From Podarcis bocagei (taxonomy: Eukaryota): 64,000 nt of DNA. The notes under the pieces were generated by a model. The model was given only the letters and a program-made list of their open reading frames with translations, had not been told where the DNA came from and did no database searches. A program made the position numbers and the translations under genes. The stretch lies in assembly GCA_964188305.1 (NCBI GenBank), contig OZ076888.1; one strand, 5' to 3'. Positions 62,700 to 64,000 of the stretch are shown piece by piece. Positions within the stretch are counted from its first letter, which is position 1, and the number at the start of each line of letters is the position of its first letter.

Positions 62700-63020
62700 A
62701 TCAGAAACGGGATCTGGAAGAAAGGGTAAACAGCATGTTAGTTAAATTCACAGATGGTACTACACTGGGTAATGTTGCAAACATTAGCAGGAACAAAAAT
62801 ATAAATGAATTTAGGAACATACAAAGGAAAACACATCACATTTCAGGAAAGTGTGCTAATGACATGTAATGAAATTCTAGCACACAACAAAAATGTTCAA
62901 AGGAAACAGAGGATTAGTTGTAATGGATGAAAAGTAGATAAAGGGGACTGCAAGAGATCAAGAAGTTAGAAAAAGTGATGTGCTGTATCTGAAGTCAGTG
63001 TGCAAGCAGGACTAACACTG
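62700..63020 (+). mobile_element. Ancient CR1/L3 reverse transcriptase remnant
   Basis: gttaaattcacagatggtactacactgggt approximates the VKFADDTKLG motif. Confidence 0.45.
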
Positions 63021-63707
63021 GCACAACAGAAAATCCCTTCCCTCACCTCCCCCCATGCAACCCTTATCTGCTTTGTGGAAAGCAGGGGAGAGAGAAGTTC
63101 TGTTGCAAAGGCAGAAGTTGTTCTACTCATGCAAGGACTTTGTTGGATACAACACTGTGCCTTCAAGCCACACTAAAGACACTCTTGTCTCATTGTGCTA
63201 GAGTCACTTGCTGTAAGCCATTGTACCAATCAGCTTTCTTCACTCTTACACACTGCTTATCTGACTAGTAGATTAGAACAGGGTGGGCAGATCTTATCAA
63301 CTGGTGTTTTTTCACTAGAGTCCTGAGATCTACCAACCAGAGCCGTGTGCAAGGCACACAAAATTAAAGAACAAAGTGCCTTTGAGCATATTCTGAGCAT
63401 TTTCAGGATCACAACAAATTGAGTTTAGTGTCTTTTCACACAACAGTCCAAGCCTGATTAATCTTCATTTCAGCAGACTAATTTTGGTAGGGAAAGTTGT
63501 TTTGTTGCCATTGTTTAATAACTGGGAGTCAGAAATACTTGCTGATCTACCAAAAATCATCCAGAGATCCTGAATTACCGTCTGTCTACCCCAGCTTAGA
63601 CAATGATACAGTACTACATATTGATTTATTTTGTTTCCCTGGAACTTTTTTTCTTTTTCTTTTTTTAAGAAAGTTTGGCTTCAACAGGAAATAAATAAAA
63701 TTCTATA

Positions 63708-64000
63708 CAGTGGTGCCTCGCAAGATGAAATTAATTCGTTCCGCGAGTTTTTTCGTCTAGCGAATTTTTCGTCTTGCGAAGCACGGTGTCGGGAAAGTTC
63801 TGGAAAAGCTTCAAAAATCACCAAAGTCTTCAAAAACCTCAAAAAAGGCTACCACACCGCGTTCTATGAGTTGCTCCTCGAAGTCAAGTCGCAACTGTAT
63901 TAACGGTGTTAAGAAAAAGGAAACAAACTTGCAAGACGTTTTCGTCTTGCGAAGCAATCCCATAGGGAAATTCGTCTTGCGAAGCAGCTCAAAAAATGCA
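63708..64000. mobile_element. Tc1/mariner-type MITE, family A third interior variant, cut by the window edge
   Basis: TA|CAGTGGTGCCTCGCAAGATGAAATTAATTCGTTCCGC left end; right subterminal block cccatagggaaattcgtcttgcgaagc is present. Confidence 0.85.

Noticed and set aside
46028-64000. First coding exon, promoter or CpG island of LCOR
   Set aside because: No LCORL-like RRELDSWR/HCV exon was found, and the only CpG-rich tract is a MITE.

Overview
Vertebrate nuclear DNA, almost certainly from a squamate and most likely a lacertid lizard, judged from three Sauria SINE copies plus L2, CR1 and L1 fragments. The window is dominated by LCOR (ligand-dependent nuclear receptor corepressor) on the minus strand. 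Six GT-AG exons can be read: 46027-45962, 45551-45472, 32783-32651, 30277-29990, 25165-25072 and 22050-21081. From the ATG at 30227 they encode a 433-aa LCOR (LXXLL box, two PXDLS-type CtBP motifs, Pipsqueak HTH). The three upstream exons are open and in frame, adding at least 110 LCORL-like codons whose start lies outside the window. A roughly 8.8-kb 3'UTR probably ends near 12270. The large PALI1/C10orf12-type alternative exon is not in the window. Most unusual: (i) young, CpG-rich, TA-flanked Tc1/mariner-type non-autonomous elements whose interiors are almost entirely hairpins and hairpin-bearing tandem arrays, with different interiors between shared ends; (ii) an inverted pair of these elements bracketing three exons that total 279 nt and would circularise in frame; (iii) several candidate unannotated cassette exons (36, 63 and 173 nt). 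All coordinates were read by eye and no searches were run.
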